Of a stretch of DNA of 64,000 bases, positions 42,652-54,455 are shown one piece after another. Position 1 is the stretch's first letter. Each line of letters opens with the position of its first letter. The DNA is from Spirochaetota bacterium. Its GTDB lineage: Bacteria > Spirochaetota > UBA4802 > UBA5550. The stretch covers positions 32,001-96,000 of the forward strand of contig JBNKTL010000003.1 of the NCBI GenBank assembly GCA_050298055.1, written 5' to 3'. Below the pieces are notes generated by a model that saw only the letters and a list, made by a program, of their open reading frames with translations, ran no database searches and was not told the origin of the DNA. A program made the position numbers and the translations under genes.

Positions 42652-44697
42652 TTATCCGGGAAGCGGCAGGTGAATTGTAAACTCCACACCGACAAACTCC
42701 CTGTTCCGCACATTGATGTTTCCATTGTGATCACTTATAATCTTCTTTACATTGGCAAGTCCCAGCCCGACTCCGGATATCTTTTTTGTAAAAAACGGTT
42801 CAAAAATAATGTTGGGGTCCTTTTCATCGATACCCGTACCGGAATCCTTGACCCTTATGGTGACCTGTTTTGAATCAAACTCGGTCACTATCTCTATCAT
42901 TCCGTCATGGGGAGTTACTTCGATTGAATTCTGCAGAAGATTCAGCATTACCTGCTTTATCTGGTTTGAATCACACTTGATCAGGGGGATTTCATTGTTT
43001 AATTTTGTCACCACTTCTATTTTATTATCAAGAAACATATTTTTGAGAAGATTTTCCGTATCCCTGATAATATCATTTATATTGTTAAATTCCCTGATGT
43101 ACCGGGAGGGCTTGGTAAAGTCCATGACATTTGAAAGTGTTTTTTCAAGCCGTTCCGATTCTTCCAGGATAATTTTCGCGAACTTTTCGATATTTGCCAC
43201 GTTCTTCAATCCATCCTTGGGCATACCCATGATCTTTCTCGCATAGCCGCCCATGGTGACCAGGGGATTTCTTATTTCATGGGCAATATGCGTGGCAATT
43301 TTACCCACTGCAGCCATCTTTTCGGATTCAACGATAGCCTCCTGCCTCTTCTCAATCTTTTCCATGTCCTTCTGTGCTTTTAACAGGTTGCTGTGACTTT
43401 CAATGGTCAACGCGGCCTGTGAGGCAAAAATTACAAGAAGTTCCTTGATATCACCGCTTATGGGGACCTGGTTAAACTTGTTATCGGCAATGATGATTCC
43501 AACGGAAGTGTTCGCAGCAGTGAGCGGAACAATGACACATTCGTTCACATTGAGGAGCTTTTTGAGTTCATCATCCACCCTGTCATCATTCCATGAATCA
43601 GTGATATGAAGGACTGTTCTTTCATTCAGCGCTTTGCTGAGCAGTGCATCCGAATCAATAAGAAACCTGCTCTTGATGACCGAGTCGAAGAGTTCAGCGC
43701 CCTTCAGGTTCATGATGTCAAACTCTTCATCAAGGACATCATTCTCATTGCTGTTCCATATCTCAATGGCTTCCTCCATTGAATCGGGACCCACAGCCAT
43801 TTTCCCCTCCAGTGAAACACCCCCTTCATCAACAAGGAAGAGCATGGCCCTGTTAAAACCGAGTCCATGTCCCGATGTAACAGCTGTCAGTATTTTGAAA
43901 AGAAATTCCTCAATTTTCCTGTCCCTCTGCAGATAACTGGAAAGCTGACTGATAAGGTTTATCTGGTAGTCCTTTCTCAGCTTATTTGTGATGTCATCAA
44001 TAAGAATTATTATCTTGTTCCTCCCCTTTACCATTATCCGGGAGACCTTCATATCAAAGATGAGAGGGATCCTGTTCTTTGACAGGAGGTGTGTCTGCTC
44101 CAGTACAATAGTGTTCCCCTGGGTTTTTGCTTTAATAATTGCTCCTTTCAACCGGGCGTTTACAAAATAAAAAATATCCTCTATACTTTTACCAATTATT
44201 TCATCAGTATCATACCTGAGCCTTCTGCAAAAACCTTCATTAACATATTCCACCTTCTCATTTTCAGAAAGTATGATAAAGAATGAGTTGGGGGAAAAGA
44301 CAATGCTGTTGTAAAATTCATGAAAAATATCAATTTCATCCCTCTGGGAGGATACCATGTTATCGAGATGCCTGCCGACCTTAATAAGTTCTTTCAGGAC
44401 CTTTGCAAAGGAATCATTCCCCTTTACACTGTTTTGAAGTACATGAAATTTTCCCTTTTTAAAATTTGATAAAATATTGCGGATAATATTGAGCCTGTTA
44501 ACATAGAAATACCTGCTTAACATAAATATAATGAATGTTCTTAATAAAACGACTACAATAACAATCATTAATATTATATGGTAAAAAACTCTGTTCTCAA
44601 GTCCCGTATTGGAAAAAACTACCGCTATAAATAGAATAAGCAAAATATCCGGGATATAAAAAAAGAAAACTCCCAAAACTGTTCCTTTTGTTTTCAT
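42652..44697 (-). CDS. Membrane sensor histidine kinase (2 TM, PAS, GAF, HisKA, HATPase)
   Basis: IAHEIRNPL H-box, NLLQNS, DSGTG, PFFTKK, GVGLGL. Confidence 0.93.
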   Translation of the reverse strand: MKTKGTVLGVFFFYIPDILLILFIAVVFSNTGLENRVFYHIILMIVIVVVLLRTFIIFMLSRYFYVNRLNIIRNILSNFKKGKFHVLQNSVKGNDSFAKVLKELIKVGRHLDNMVSSQRDEIDIFHEFYNSIVFSPNSFFIILSENEKVEYVNEGFCRRLRYDTDEIIGKSIEDIFYFVNARLKGAIIKAKTQGNTIVLEQTHLLSKNRIPLIFDMKVSRIMVKGRNKIIILIDDITNKLRKDYQINLISQLSSYLQRDRKIEEFLFKILTAVTSGHGLGFNRAMLFLVDEGGVSLEGKMAVGPDSMEEAIEIWNSNENDVLDEEFDIMNLKGAELFDSVIKSRFLIDSDALLSKALNERTVLHITDSWNDDRVDDELKKLLNVNECVIVPLTAANTSVGIIIADNKFNQVPISGDIKELLVIFASQAALTIESHSNLLKAQKDMEKIEKRQEAIVESEKMAAVGKIATHIAHEIRNPLVTMGGYARKIMGMPKDGLKNVANIEKFAKIILEESERLEKTLSNVMDFTKPSRYIREFNNINDIIRDTENLLKNMFLDNKIEVVTKLNNEIPLIKCDSNQIKQVMLNLLQNSIEVTPHDGMIEIVTEFDSKQVTIRVKDSGTGIDEKDPNIIFEPFFTKKISGVGLGLANVKKIISDHNGNINVRNREFVGVEFTIHLPLPG

Positions 44698-44733
44698 ACC
44701 TTATAACTTTACACAAGTTCCTGGTTAATAAGA

Positions 44734-44873
44734 GTAACGACCCAGCTGCATATTTAAAATAATTATATTCATGAAAGCATAACCGGTATGTCCCTGCCGC
44801 CGACCGCGGCGGGGACATATTGTTGATATTTTTAGCAAATATATTATTTTACCCATATAACTGAGTGGTTTAC
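44734..44873 (+). mobile_element. 140-bp palindromic MITE-like element
   Basis: Ends GTAACGACCCAGCT and AACTGAGTGGTTTAC; core hairpin TATGTCCCTGCCGC-CGACC-GCGGCGGGGACATA. Confidence 0.8.
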
Positions 44874-44961
44874 AATAATGTTTGAAACCTATCATAAAGA
44901 AATAGAGTTGATATTTCAATTACTTTAAATAAAAGGACCACTATAAAATAATGAAAAAAAC

Positions 44962-45101
44962 GTTACTACTCAGCAATGTATAAAAATAGATATGTTAATG
45001 AATAAGAGATAACTGATATGTCCCCGCCGCCGACCGCGGCGGGGACATATAGGTGTTATTTTATTAAAATATCTATTTTTTCCATACAGCTAAGTAGTTA
45101 C
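44962..45101 (+). mobile_element. 140-bp palindromic MITE-like element
   Basis: Ends GTTACTACTCAGC and GCTAAGTAGTTAC; imperfect palindrome over nearly the full length, centred on ATATGTCCCCGCCGC/GCGGCGGGGACATAT. Confidence 0.8.
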
Positions 45102-45129
45102 AAAATAATAATATCCAGAGGTATTTTTC

Positions 45130-45726
45130 ATGGACCTTGTCATTGCATCCAATAATAAGAATAAGATCAATGAGATCAGGGAAAAGTTTTCCGGGATTGC
45201 TGACCTCAACCTGGTTCCTCTCTATGAACTTGAATCACCGCCGGAAGTCATTGAAGATGGTAAGACCTTTGAAGAAAACGCGGTAAAAAAAGCAGAGGCA
45301 ATTGCCCGGTACAGCAACATGCCGGTATTATCCGATGATTCCGGGCTTATGGTTGAAGCCCTGGGGGGAAGACCGGGGGTCCACTCTGCCCGGTACGGCG
45401 GTTTCGGCAGCTCCGACGGCAAAAAGAATGAACTACTCCTTTCAGAGATGCTTGAGATAAAAGAGAACAGGAAGGCAAAATTCGTCTGCGTGGTGGCCAT
45501 AGCCTATCCGGACGGGGAGAGCCAAACCGCCAGGGGAGAATGTCACGGTGAAATAGCTGCTGAACCGGCCGGAGAGATGGGCTTCGGCTACGATCCTGTT
45601 TTTTTCCTTCCGGAATTCGGCAGGACAATGGCCCAGCTGACCCTGGAGGAGAAAAACAGGATAAGCCACAGGGCTGTTGCCCTGGAAAAAGCACGGAGAA
45701 TCCTGGAAGAGAAAATCAGGGGATAA
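45130..45726 (+). CDS. rdgB: Non-canonical purine NTP pyrophosphatase (RdgB/HAM1)
   Basis: DDSGL, PGVHSARY, GFGYDPVF, KNRISHR. Confidence 0.96.
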   Translation: MDLVIASNNKNKINEIREKFSGIADLNLVPLYELESPPEVIEDGKTFEENAVKKAEAIARYSNMPVLSDDSGLMVEALGGRPGVHSARYGGFGSSDGKKNELLLSEMLEIKENRKAKFVCVVAIAYPDGESQTARGECHGEIAAEPAGEMGFGYDPVFFLPEFGRTMAQLTLEEKNRISHRAVALEKARRILEEKIRG

Positions 45727-45745
45727 AGAAACCGGGCGGTCTATT

Positions 45746-46378
45746 ATGGACAGGAAAACATCAGGGAAGATCATTGCCCGGTTGAAGAAACATTACGGCA
45801 CTGTAACATCGGACCTGGAATACATAAATCTTTACCAGCTTACAGTGGCTGTTGTTCTCTCCGCGCAGACTACGGATGTCCAGGTAAATTCCGTAACGCC
45901 GGAACTCTTCAGGAAATACCCGGACTTTAAATCTCTTTCAAAAGCAAACATTCAGGATGTGGAAGAGATAATCAGGAGTACCGGTTTTTATAAAAACAAA
46001 TCCAAAAACATCGTTTCCCTTGCGCAAGATGTAACCGGAAAGTACAACGGGAAAGTCCCTTCGGAGAGGGAACTCCTGGAACAACTGCCCGGTGTGGGCA
46101 GGAAATCAGCAAATGTCATTCTCTCCATGGGATACAATATTCCCGCACTGGCAGTAGATACCCATGTGGGAAGAATAGCGGGAAAACTGGGATATACCGA
46201 GTCACGGGACCCGTATAAGATAGAGAAAGACCTCACCACGGCAATCCCGGAAAAAGAGTGGATAAATTCTCATCTTCTCTTTATAAGACACGGGAGGAGT
46301 ATCTGTAAAGCGAGAAAACCGGCATGCGGAATATGCCCGGTCAGTCTTTACTGCCCGTCTGCTGAGATCTCTTCCTGA
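45746..46378 (+). CDS. nth: Endonuclease III
   Basis: LSAQTTD, LPGVGRKSANV, AVDTHV, C-x6-C-x2-C-x5-C; start placed at MDRKTSG. Confidence 0.96.
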   Translation: MDRKTSGKIIARLKKHYGTVTSDLEYINLYQLTVAVVLSAQTTDVQVNSVTPELFRKYPDFKSLSKANIQDVEEIIRSTGFYKNKSKNIVSLAQDVTGKYNGKVPSERELLEQLPGVGRKSANVILSMGYNIPALAVDTHVGRIAGKLGYTESRDPYKIEKDLTTAIPEKEWINSHLLFIRHGRSICKARKPACGICPVSLYCPSAEISS

Positions 46379-47678
46379 AAAAAACAATAACAGCGGGATT
46401 GTTTCCCCTCACTTTTAATTCACCGGCAGGATCTTCCCCCGTAATTTTTTTAAGGACCTGGTACGCCCTGATAGAGATATCCCTGTCTATATCCGTAAGC
46501 TTCTCCACAAGCCAGGGGACGGATTTAATGTCCCCCGCTTTCTTTATGATCTTCAGCACCCATTTTTTATAAAAGATATTTCCCTTCTCAAATTGAGATA
46601 AAAACCTCTCCCTCTCTTCCGGGTAATACTTTGCCGCGTAAGCGATTATGCTCTCGGCATTGACAAACTTCCTTCCGGAAATCACAGAATACTTTTTTGC
46701 CAGCCTGTTGATGCTTTCAAATGAAACCTTAATTTTATTTTTTAAAAAATAATTTGAAAGGGACCTGCTCATGGCCAGATCCCCGTCCTCAAACAGCCTG
46801 CTCCACTCGTCCCGGGAGAGCTTGATGTCCACATTGTACTTCTCGGAAAAATATAATATCTCGGGGATATGGGTCGAATCTGATTGCCTGCCTACAACTT
46901 CAGTCAGTTTTTTCAGGGGAAAAGAATACCCCATTTTAAGCAGGAAGAGAGAAGATTCAACCTGGCTGTACGACCCTGTCTTTGAGAACCGGGAAAAAGA
47001 ATAATAAATACCCACCACCATAAAGTGAAAAACCAAAGACAGAATTATCGTCATGAAGAGCAGTTTCAGAAGATGAATTCGTTTATAAAAAAACTCGAAA
47101 AAGAGGGAAAAAATGACAATGGCAAAATTCAGGATCTTCAGGATTGATGTGGGAGAGCCGTCAGGATACAGGGTATAGACGATTGAATAAAGAATAAAGT
47201 ATCCCACTCCAATTGACAAAAAAAGAGGAATGGTGACCTTGAGGCTTTTTTCGATCTTAAGGATTATCATGAGGATGAGGGAATAGATAATGATATTGGA
47301 GAACCTGCCGGTAAAGACATTGAGGAAAGGTCGCATTGGCCAGTCCTCATTTTTGAGATAAAAGATAAATGTAAATATGACTATTGACGCATAGATAACA
47401 AGCAGGGGTAAAATCCTGGTATGGAAGAAGAGAAGGTATTCACCGCTCTTTCCATACCTTTCTCTGTAGATATCCCTGTAGAGATCAAGGTCTATCTGTG
47501 AAAAGATGAAAACCAGCTGGAATGAGAAGATGAAGAGATAGACACGGACTATTATTGATATCCCTTCCCACTGGAAAAAGAGGTTGGAAAAAACCGCAAC
47601 AATATAAAGGAGAATAAGAAGAGAGAAGAATGTTGATATCTTTTTAAAATGTTCTGACAGCATATCCATTGTGCTCAA
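46341..47678 (-). CDS. Polytopic membrane protein with C-terminal helical/HEAT-like region
   Basis: Several hydrophobic segments in the N-terminal half; VPWLVEKLTD...RAYQVLKKITG resembles a HEAT repeat. Confidence 0.7.
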   Translation of the reverse strand: MSTMDMLSEHFKKISTFFSLLILLYIVAVFSNLFFQWEGISIIVRVYLFIFSFQLVFIFSQIDLDLYRDIYRERYGKSGEYLLFFHTRILPLLVIYASIVIFTFIFYLKNEDWPMRPFLNVFTGRFSNIIIYSLILMIILKIEKSLKVTIPLFLSIGVGYFILYSIVYTLYPDGSPTSILKILNFAIVIFSLFFEFFYKRIHLLKLLFMTIILSLVFHFMVVGIYYSFSRFSKTGSYSQVESSLFLLKMGYSFPLKKLTEVVGRQSDSTHIPEILYFSEKYNVDIKLSRDEWSRLFEDGDLAMSRSLSNYFLKNKIKVSFESINRLAKKYSVISGRKFVNAESIIAYAAKYYPEERERFLSQFEKGNIFYKKWVLKIIKKAGDIKSVPWLVEKLTDIDRDISIRAYQVLKKITGEDPAGELKVRGNNPAVIVFFRKRSQQTGSKD

Positions 47679-47684
47679 ACCCTT

Positions 47685-48518
47685 TTATCCCGCTCTCAGT
47701 ACCACAACCCTGGGCAGACCGGAATAATCATTCATCACAGAGACATCAAATCCTGCTTCTTTCCCTTTTTCAACTACAAAATTTTTCATGTCATACCCGA
47801 TCTCGAAAATGATGACACTCCTTTCATGAGAGTGCTTTTTTACTCCCCTGATTATTCTCTCCGTCTCCCTTCTCCCCTTCTTCGGTGAGTAAAGGGCCTC
47901 CGGGGGTTCATGCCTGAGTTCCCTCTGGAGGGTGCCTGATATGCCCGGGTCGATATAGGGAGGATTGCTCACAATGATATCAAAGATCCTGCCCCCCAGA
48001 GGTTCAAACAGGTCTCCCTCAAGGAACCTGACGGACCGGGGCCCCGTGATATTCAGGGCATTTTTTCTCGCCACACTTAATGCTTTTTTTGATATGTCTG
48101 TTGCCGTTATATCCAGGTCCTTCCTGTTGTGTTTCAACGCAACGGCAATTGCGCCGGAACCGGTCCCCAGGTCAAGGAGCGTGGCGTCAAGGGGCGCATA
48201 GTAGAGCGCAAGATCCACCACAAGTTCGGTTTCGGGCCGGGGGATGAGAACATTTTTATTGACCCTGAATTCCAGGGAGTAGAATTCCTTCACGCCGGTT
48301 ATGTAGGCAAGCGGTTCAAAGGCCAGCCTTCTTTTCACAAGCCTCTCTATTTTTTTCAGCTCTTCCTCACCCGGTTTTCTCTCCCGCTCAAGGGAAACCC
48401 GGAACCTCTCCATCTCCAGAACATGGGCGATGATAAGCTGGGCGTCGGTCACCGGGTTTTCGATTCCCCCTTCCCTGAATCTTTCGGTGACTTCCTGTAA
48501 CAGTAAAGAAAGCTGCAT
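47685..48518 (-). CDS. prmC: Release factor glutamine methyltransferase PrmC/HemK
   Basis: VLIPRPETE, DLGTGSGAIA, SNPPY; follows prfA. Confidence 0.96.
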   Translation of the reverse strand: MQLSLLLQEVTERFREGGIENPVTDAQLIIAHVLEMERFRVSLERERKPGEEELKKIERLVKRRLAFEPLAYITGVKEFYSLEFRVNKNVLIPRPETELVVDLALYYAPLDATLLDLGTGSGAIAVALKHNRKDLDITATDISKKALSVARKNALNITGPRSVRFLEGDLFEPLGGRIFDIIVSNPPYIDPGISGTLQRELRHEPPEALYSPKKGRRETERIIRGVKKHSHERSVIIFEIGYDMKNFVVEKGKEAGFDVSVMNDYSGLPRVVVLRAG

Positions 48519-48549
48519 AACCGCCGCCTGCGAGCTGCCCTGCCGGCCG

Positions 48550-49620
<1,071 letters not shown>

Positions 49621-49681
49621 CTTTAATCCTCTTATTAAAAAAAAGCGGCTTTTCCACCGCTTTTTGACATATTCATCCTTT

Positions 49682-49755
49682 CGCTCCCGAAAGGACTCGA
49701 ACCTCTGACACATAGTTTAGGAAACTACTGCTCTATCCACCTGAGCTACGGGAGC
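49682..49755 (-). tRNA. tRNA-Arg(CCT)
   Basis: GCTCCCGTAGCTCAGGTGGATAGAGCA-GTAGT TTCCTAA ACTAT-GTGTCAGAGGTTCGAGTCCTTTCGGGAGCG. Confidence 0.95.
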
Positions 49756-49758
49756 CGT

Positions 49759-50403
49759 TTACTGATACATGTTTTTGCGCTTCGATGACACAATCCTCTG
49801 GAAGTCCCTGATGTTCCTAACCACGATTTTATCACCAAAGAGTTCAATTTTGTTTAGCTTGTTCAAATGTGTCAATACTTTTTGCGCTTCCGATTCGGCC
49901 ATTCCCGCCCAGTTCGCCACCGCCTCGGAAGTGACCGGGAGATGGACTTCCTCCTGGAGATCAAGATGGGGGTTCTGTTCAGCGAGCATGTTGAGGACAT
50001 CCATGACCTTCAGCTGGGGGTCCTCGAGGAGGAGTATCATCAGTCTTCTTTTTGCGTCATAAATCCTCTTTGAAAAGATCAGGAGAAGCTTGTAGGCAAG
50101 CTGCGGATTGCCCTGGAGAAGGGCGTCAAAGTTATCACGGTGAAATTTGAGAAGCCGGGAATGCTCAATGGCAATGGCGGATGCAGACCTCGGTTCCTGC
50201 TCCAGGATGGCCATCTCGCCGAAAACGTCCCCGTCGGTAAGAACGTCAATTGTCTTCTCCCTGTTGTTGATCATCTTGACGATCTTCACCCTCCCCTGCT
50301 GCAGGAAGTAGAACTCGTACCCGGGTTCAAATTCACAGAAGATTATTTCGTTGGGAGAGTATTCAACGCCGAACCTTTCAAAAAAACTGTCATCAAGGAG
50401 CAT
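49759..50403 (-). CDS. Crp/Fnr-family cNMP-binding regulator
   Basis: GDVFGEMAILEQEPRSASA phosphate-binding cassette plus C-terminal wHTH-like region. Confidence 0.9.
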   Translation of the reverse strand: MLLDDSFFERFGVEYSPNEIIFCEFEPGYEFYFLQQGRVKIVKMINNREKTIDVLTDGDVFGEMAILEQEPRSASAIAIEHSRLLKFHRDNFDALLQGNPQLAYKLLLIFSKRIYDAKRRLMILLLEDPQLKVMDVLNMLAEQNPHLDLQEEVHLPVTSEAVANWAGMAESEAQKVLTHLNKLNKIELFGDKIVVRNIRDFQRIVSSKRKNMYQ

Positions 50404-50421
50404 ATGCGCTATTTCCTGTTT

Positions 50422-51654
50422 TTAAATTTGTTTCAGCTTCTCCTGGGCCTCACGGCTCACGTCATCCGCCGGCTGCAGGGAAGCGACCTTTTTATAATAT
50501 GCTTTCGCCTTGTCTTTCTGGTTGGCGGACTCAAAGACCGCGCCAATATTGTAAAGGGCCCTTTTCATATTTCCCGATTTCGGATATTTCCTGATAAACC
50601 CGGAGAAAGCCCCGATGGCCTCTTTCTGTTTTCTCAGTTTCATCTGGCAGACAGCATGTTCAAAGGTCGCGTTTTCAATATATCTTTCATCATCACCGCC
50701 CGGGTCCGTGCTGTTTATTATTCCCGAATAGAGGTTCAGGGCTTCCTCATAGTTACCCGCGGAGAAACTCCTGCTTGCCTCGTCATATATTACGCCAAGT
50801 CCCCCTTTCTGCTCTTCACCGGCATCCGAGAGAAAATCATCGAATTCGTCTGATTCTCTGCTGTCCGACAGAAAGTCATCCATTTCACTTGACAGAGAAC
50901 CTGAGGAACCGCCGGAATTGCCGAAAAAGTCATCTGAATCGGAACCCCCGTCAAAATCCATAAGGCCGTCATCCTCTCCGCCGCTCTCATCCATGCTGAA
51001 ATCTCCCGGTCCGTCCCCGAAACCTCCGGTATCACCGGCTCCGGCTGCGGCCGGCTCGGCAGCCGTGCTGTTAAGATCAAACCCGGTATCCCCCGGTACG
51101 GCTTCACCGGAATCGATTGCCTTGATCCTCTTCATGGCCAGGGACGCGTGCTCTCCGTCCGGGTAGTACTCCATGTACTTTTTATACGCGTACTGGGCCT
51201 GCTGAAAAACTCCGGCGCTGTAGTAGTACTCACCTATCCTGAAAAGTTCAATATCGGGATTGAGGATATCCCCCTCCCCCAGGACAGACCGCACCATCTT
51301 CCCTATCCTTCGAAGCTGGTTGCTGAAGACCCGGAGCATCTTTCTCACCACGTCAACGTTCTTAAGGATCAGCCTCTCGAACTCCGCCAGGCTGAAGATG
51401 AGGACAATGGTTTCGCCCACAGTCTGCGCCGTCTCCTCCCGGGGATATTTCCCCAAGGCGGATTTTACGCCGAAGAACTCGCCGATCCTCACGTCCTCCT
51501 TGACCTCGCTCCCCGTATCAAGCTTGGTGGATGTGAGAATGACCCTCCCCGATTTCAGGATAAAGATACTTTCGCTTTTGTCCCCCGCGAAATAGATGAT
51601 AGACCCGGGCTTGTATGTTCTGGTTATAATCCCGCCGGATTGTGATGATCCCAT
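50422..51654 (-). CDS. cNMP-binding domain plus TPR protein with acidic linker
   Basis: N-terminal cNMP fold (GEFFGVKSALGKYPREETA), TPR motifs (YP.G/S), D/G/S-rich linker; start set at MGSSQS. Confidence 0.85.
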   Translation of the reverse strand: MGSSQSGGIITRTYKPGSIIYFAGDKSESIFILKSGRVILTSTKLDTGSEVKEDVRIGEFFGVKSALGKYPREETAQTVGETIVLIFSLAEFERLILKNVDVVRKMLRVFSNQLRRIGKMVRSVLGEGDILNPDIELFRIGEYYYSAGVFQQAQYAYKKYMEYYPDGEHASLAMKRIKAIDSGEAVPGDTGFDLNSTAAEPAAAGAGDTGGFGDGPGDFSMDESGGEDDGLMDFDGGSDSDDFFGNSGGSSGSLSSEMDDFLSDSRESDEFDDFLSDAGEEQKGGLGVIYDEASRSFSAGNYEEALNLYSGIINSTDPGGDDERYIENATFEHAVCQMKLRKQKEAIGAFSGFIRKYPKSGNMKRALYNIGAVFESANQKDKAKAYYKKVASLQPADDVSREAQEKLKQI

Positions 51655-51676
51655 TCCTGTTAGCTGCTCCGTTTCA

Positions 51677-52906
51677 TTAAACTTCAAACTCAACCGGCAA
51701 AAAAGGAAATTCCTTTTTAAAGCCAACTGCCCTGCTTATTCTCTTTAAGAGACCGGTCAGGTCCCCCGCGACCACCTTTCTTTCACCGTCAAGAACGATC
51801 TCCTGGAAGTCAACACGGAAACTTTCAAAGAGGTCCGCGAACTCCACGGCGCCGTACGCGGGGACACCGTTGATCACAACAAGGAGTATGTCCTTCAACT
51901 CCGCGTTTACCACCGACCCGTAAGAAGTCCTCTCTGTCTGCCTGACCAGCGCCAGGTCGGCAATGTACCCTTCCTTGATCTGCCCCAGCCGCTTGAGCCT
52001 GAAGGCGTGGGCGGGGTTTTCCGTTACCATTTTATAAATGATTTCATCGGGAAGCTCCTCGCCGTAGAGTTCCTCGTAGAGCTCTTTGTCAAACTTCATC
52101 TCGGTAAGGATGTTCTGGCCCCCCGACATGGGGGAGTCGGTCCCGATACAAACGTTGATCCCCTTGTCCAGGAGCATTTTGATATGGGTTGTCTCGGTGA
52201 ACATGAACCAGTTGGAATCGGCGCACCAGACCACGGAGGCGTGTCTTTTTTTGATCAGGTCCATATCCGACTCTGAAAAAGCGATCCCGTGAATAAACAC
52301 CGAATGGTCCCCCACGGCCCCCATTTTATCAACGGTCCTGATATTCTCCACCGTCTCCGAATCAAAGCCCTCGGATATGTGGGTAATAAAGGGAATGTCT
52401 TCTTTTACCGCCTTTTGATACTCGGCCTCGATGCCCTCTCCCCAGGCAAGGGCCATCTGTCCCACGGAATGGGCCAGGGCAAAGTGCCGTATGGCCTTCA
52501 TGGGAAGGATATCATAATAGGGGTCACCCACGAAATGGGGAATATGGTCAGATACGGTTGTGACCCCGGAGACAAGGTTCCGGAAACCTCCCAGGAGGTA
52601 GAGGTCCCGGTTCTCGATCTGCTGCCTCTCCTGGTAGACCGGTGAGCTCTTGAGGTCGTTGTCCCAGGGAAGCCAGTTTTCATAGGGCCCGTTGCCCACC
52701 CGGGGGTAATATGTCCCCAGGAGGTGATCGTGGCCGTTGATCATCCCCGGTATCAGGATGGCGTTGTCCACGTTTACGGAGATGTCACCCTTCAGGTCCC
52801 TGCTGGAGACCTTTTCGATCCTGTCATTTTCTATGAGAACACTGCCGTTCCTTATGTTGTCCCTGGCGGTAACCACTGTGGCGCCGGTAATTGACCATTT
52901 ATCCAT
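51677..52906 (-). CDS. Metal-dependent amidohydrolase/deaminase
   Basis: PGMINGHDH (HxH), HISEG, IHG, GTDS. Confidence 0.9.
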   Translation of the reverse strand: MDKWSITGATVVTARDNIRNGSVLIENDRIEKVSSRDLKGDISVNVDNAILIPGMINGHDHLLGTYYPRVGNGPYENWLPWDNDLKSSPVYQERQQIENRDLYLLGGFRNLVSGVTTVSDHIPHFVGDPYYDILPMKAIRHFALAHSVGQMALAWGEGIEAEYQKAVKEDIPFITHISEGFDSETVENIRTVDKMGAVGDHSVFIHGIAFSESDMDLIKKRHASVVWCADSNWFMFTETTHIKMLLDKGINVCIGTDSPMSGGQNILTEMKFDKELYEELYGEELPDEIIYKMVTENPAHAFRLKRLGQIKEGYIADLALVRQTERTSYGSVVNAELKDILLVVINGVPAYGAVEFADLFESFRVDFQEIVLDGERKVVAGDLTGLLKRISRAVGFKKEFPFLPVEFEV

Positions 52907-53199
52907 ACTTTATTCCCTGAATATTGAATTTTAATGATATTCAATATTCTTACTCCCTTTATATTATATTCAAATTTTACAACGTCAAGTAAAATATAGA
53001 GGTTCCCTTTATTTATCGGGGGGGGTAATTGGAAAATTCAGTGATTTTTATCTTTATCCACTGTCTCCTCACCGGCAGATGAGGCAAGTGCCTGCTGTTT
53101 GTTAGTTTCTCCAGTGAAAATAAGATAGATGAAAATTTAAATTGAATTTTAAAAAATCAGAAGGGTAAATAACCATACTTAATTTCTGAATTGAGGATT

Positions 53200-53866
53200 T
53201 TATGGTATAGGCGGCGGGCTGCCTGTCTTATTCGCAATGTTATCCATAAATGCCTTAAAATTTGGGAAGAAATAAGATGAAAATAATCCTGCAATGAATC
53301 CAAAAAGTGCACCTATAAGCCCTGAAATAATATTATTTCTTATAACATAGTATATTTTTAAAAGTTTGAGTGATTTGGTTTTAGAGTAATCAATTGATTC
53401 GTATAATTCCCATCCAATTTCAATTGCTTTTTACATATTCATCGAGGCATGCTTCTGAATTTTTTCCAACACATGACATTTCCATATATCTTGCACTCCG
53501 GGCACTCTTTTTGAATTCAAGATATTTGTTTTTAAATTCATGTTCAGGCATATTTATTGCATATCTTCTTAATGTATCATCTTTATCTATCTTTTCAATT
53601 TGTTTGTCAATAATTGACCAATACATTTTTGCACAATCTATCGATGCTCTTTTAAGATGATTGAATGCCATTTCAAAGTTCTTTTTGCCTTCTTCGCTAT
53701 CCGGATCCTCAAAGTAAGGGAATAAATGTGTTGTGATATTTTCTAATTCAACTAATACCTGTCTCGGTTTATCTGCAACTAATGCAACAATTCCGGAATA
53801 CATTCCCAGGAAATAATCATTATATAGTTTTAAAATTCTATTGAGGTCTTTTTTCCTGACACCCAT
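53200..53866 (-). pseudogene. Hypothetical helical protein with C-terminal TM helix, interrupted by a 1-nt frameshift near 53430
   Basis: ORF stops at KSN* after GTAAAAAGC; removing one A gives an open frame to the TAA at 53200 that includes IISGLIGALFGFIAGLFSSYFF. Confidence 0.65.
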
Positions 53867-53946
53867 ATGTATTTCTCCAATAGCAAAAGAGGAATACATA
53901 TTCCAGTATTCCTCATTACACAATTTATATAATGTTTTGAAAAATA

Positions 53947-54171
53947 TTAACTTGTTTTCTTGTTAAATTCATCTATTAGTTGAGAATAATCATCAATACA
54001 AAATATATTTCCCCTGGTAGAAACTACACCGCTACCAGCTTCTTTTGCTGCAATTTTTGCATTTGGATTTGTCATTTCAACGGTTTTCCATGCTTCTTCT
54101 GCCGTCTTTGGGACAAGAGAAACACCTGTGATATCCATGAATATCTTATTAAAGATTGTATGTTTTGGCAT
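53947..54171 (-). CDS. Small hypothetical protein
   Basis: 74-aa ORF upstream of, and co-oriented with, the frameshifted gene; TTGACA lies upstream. Confidence 0.5.
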   Translation of the reverse strand: MPKHTIFNKIFMDITGVSLVPKTAEEAWKTVEMTNPNAKIAAKEAGSGVVSTRGNIFCIDDYSQLIDEFNKKTS

Positions 54172-54455
54172 TGGGTACCCCGCTTATCTGTTCACAACTT
54201 ACATCGAACATTATGTAATGTACTGATTGTTAAAATGTCAAACAAATTTTTTAATAGTACTGGATAGAAAACTTTATTAAAAATTATTTCATTGGTATAA
54301 ATGTGTGGTGTTTATTATTCAGTATGTAGTGTTTGTTTTGAGGGTTTTCCCGAAATGATTGGATATGTGAATATGATTAAAATGATGAAAAGTTATTAAA
54401 AGTGCAAATAATATATAATAAATTTCCAAGAAAAAAAGAATAATGAGTTAAGTAA

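Noticed and set aside
44734..45101. Integron attC sites
   Set aside because: The ends do not fit RYYYAAC/GTTRRRY, the elements lie 5' of housekeeping genes rather than 3' of cassettes, and there is no integrase.
49621..49713. N-terminal extension of RF1 in the ORF track
   Set aside because: It overlaps tRNA-Arg; a GAGG SD precedes the ATG at 49620.
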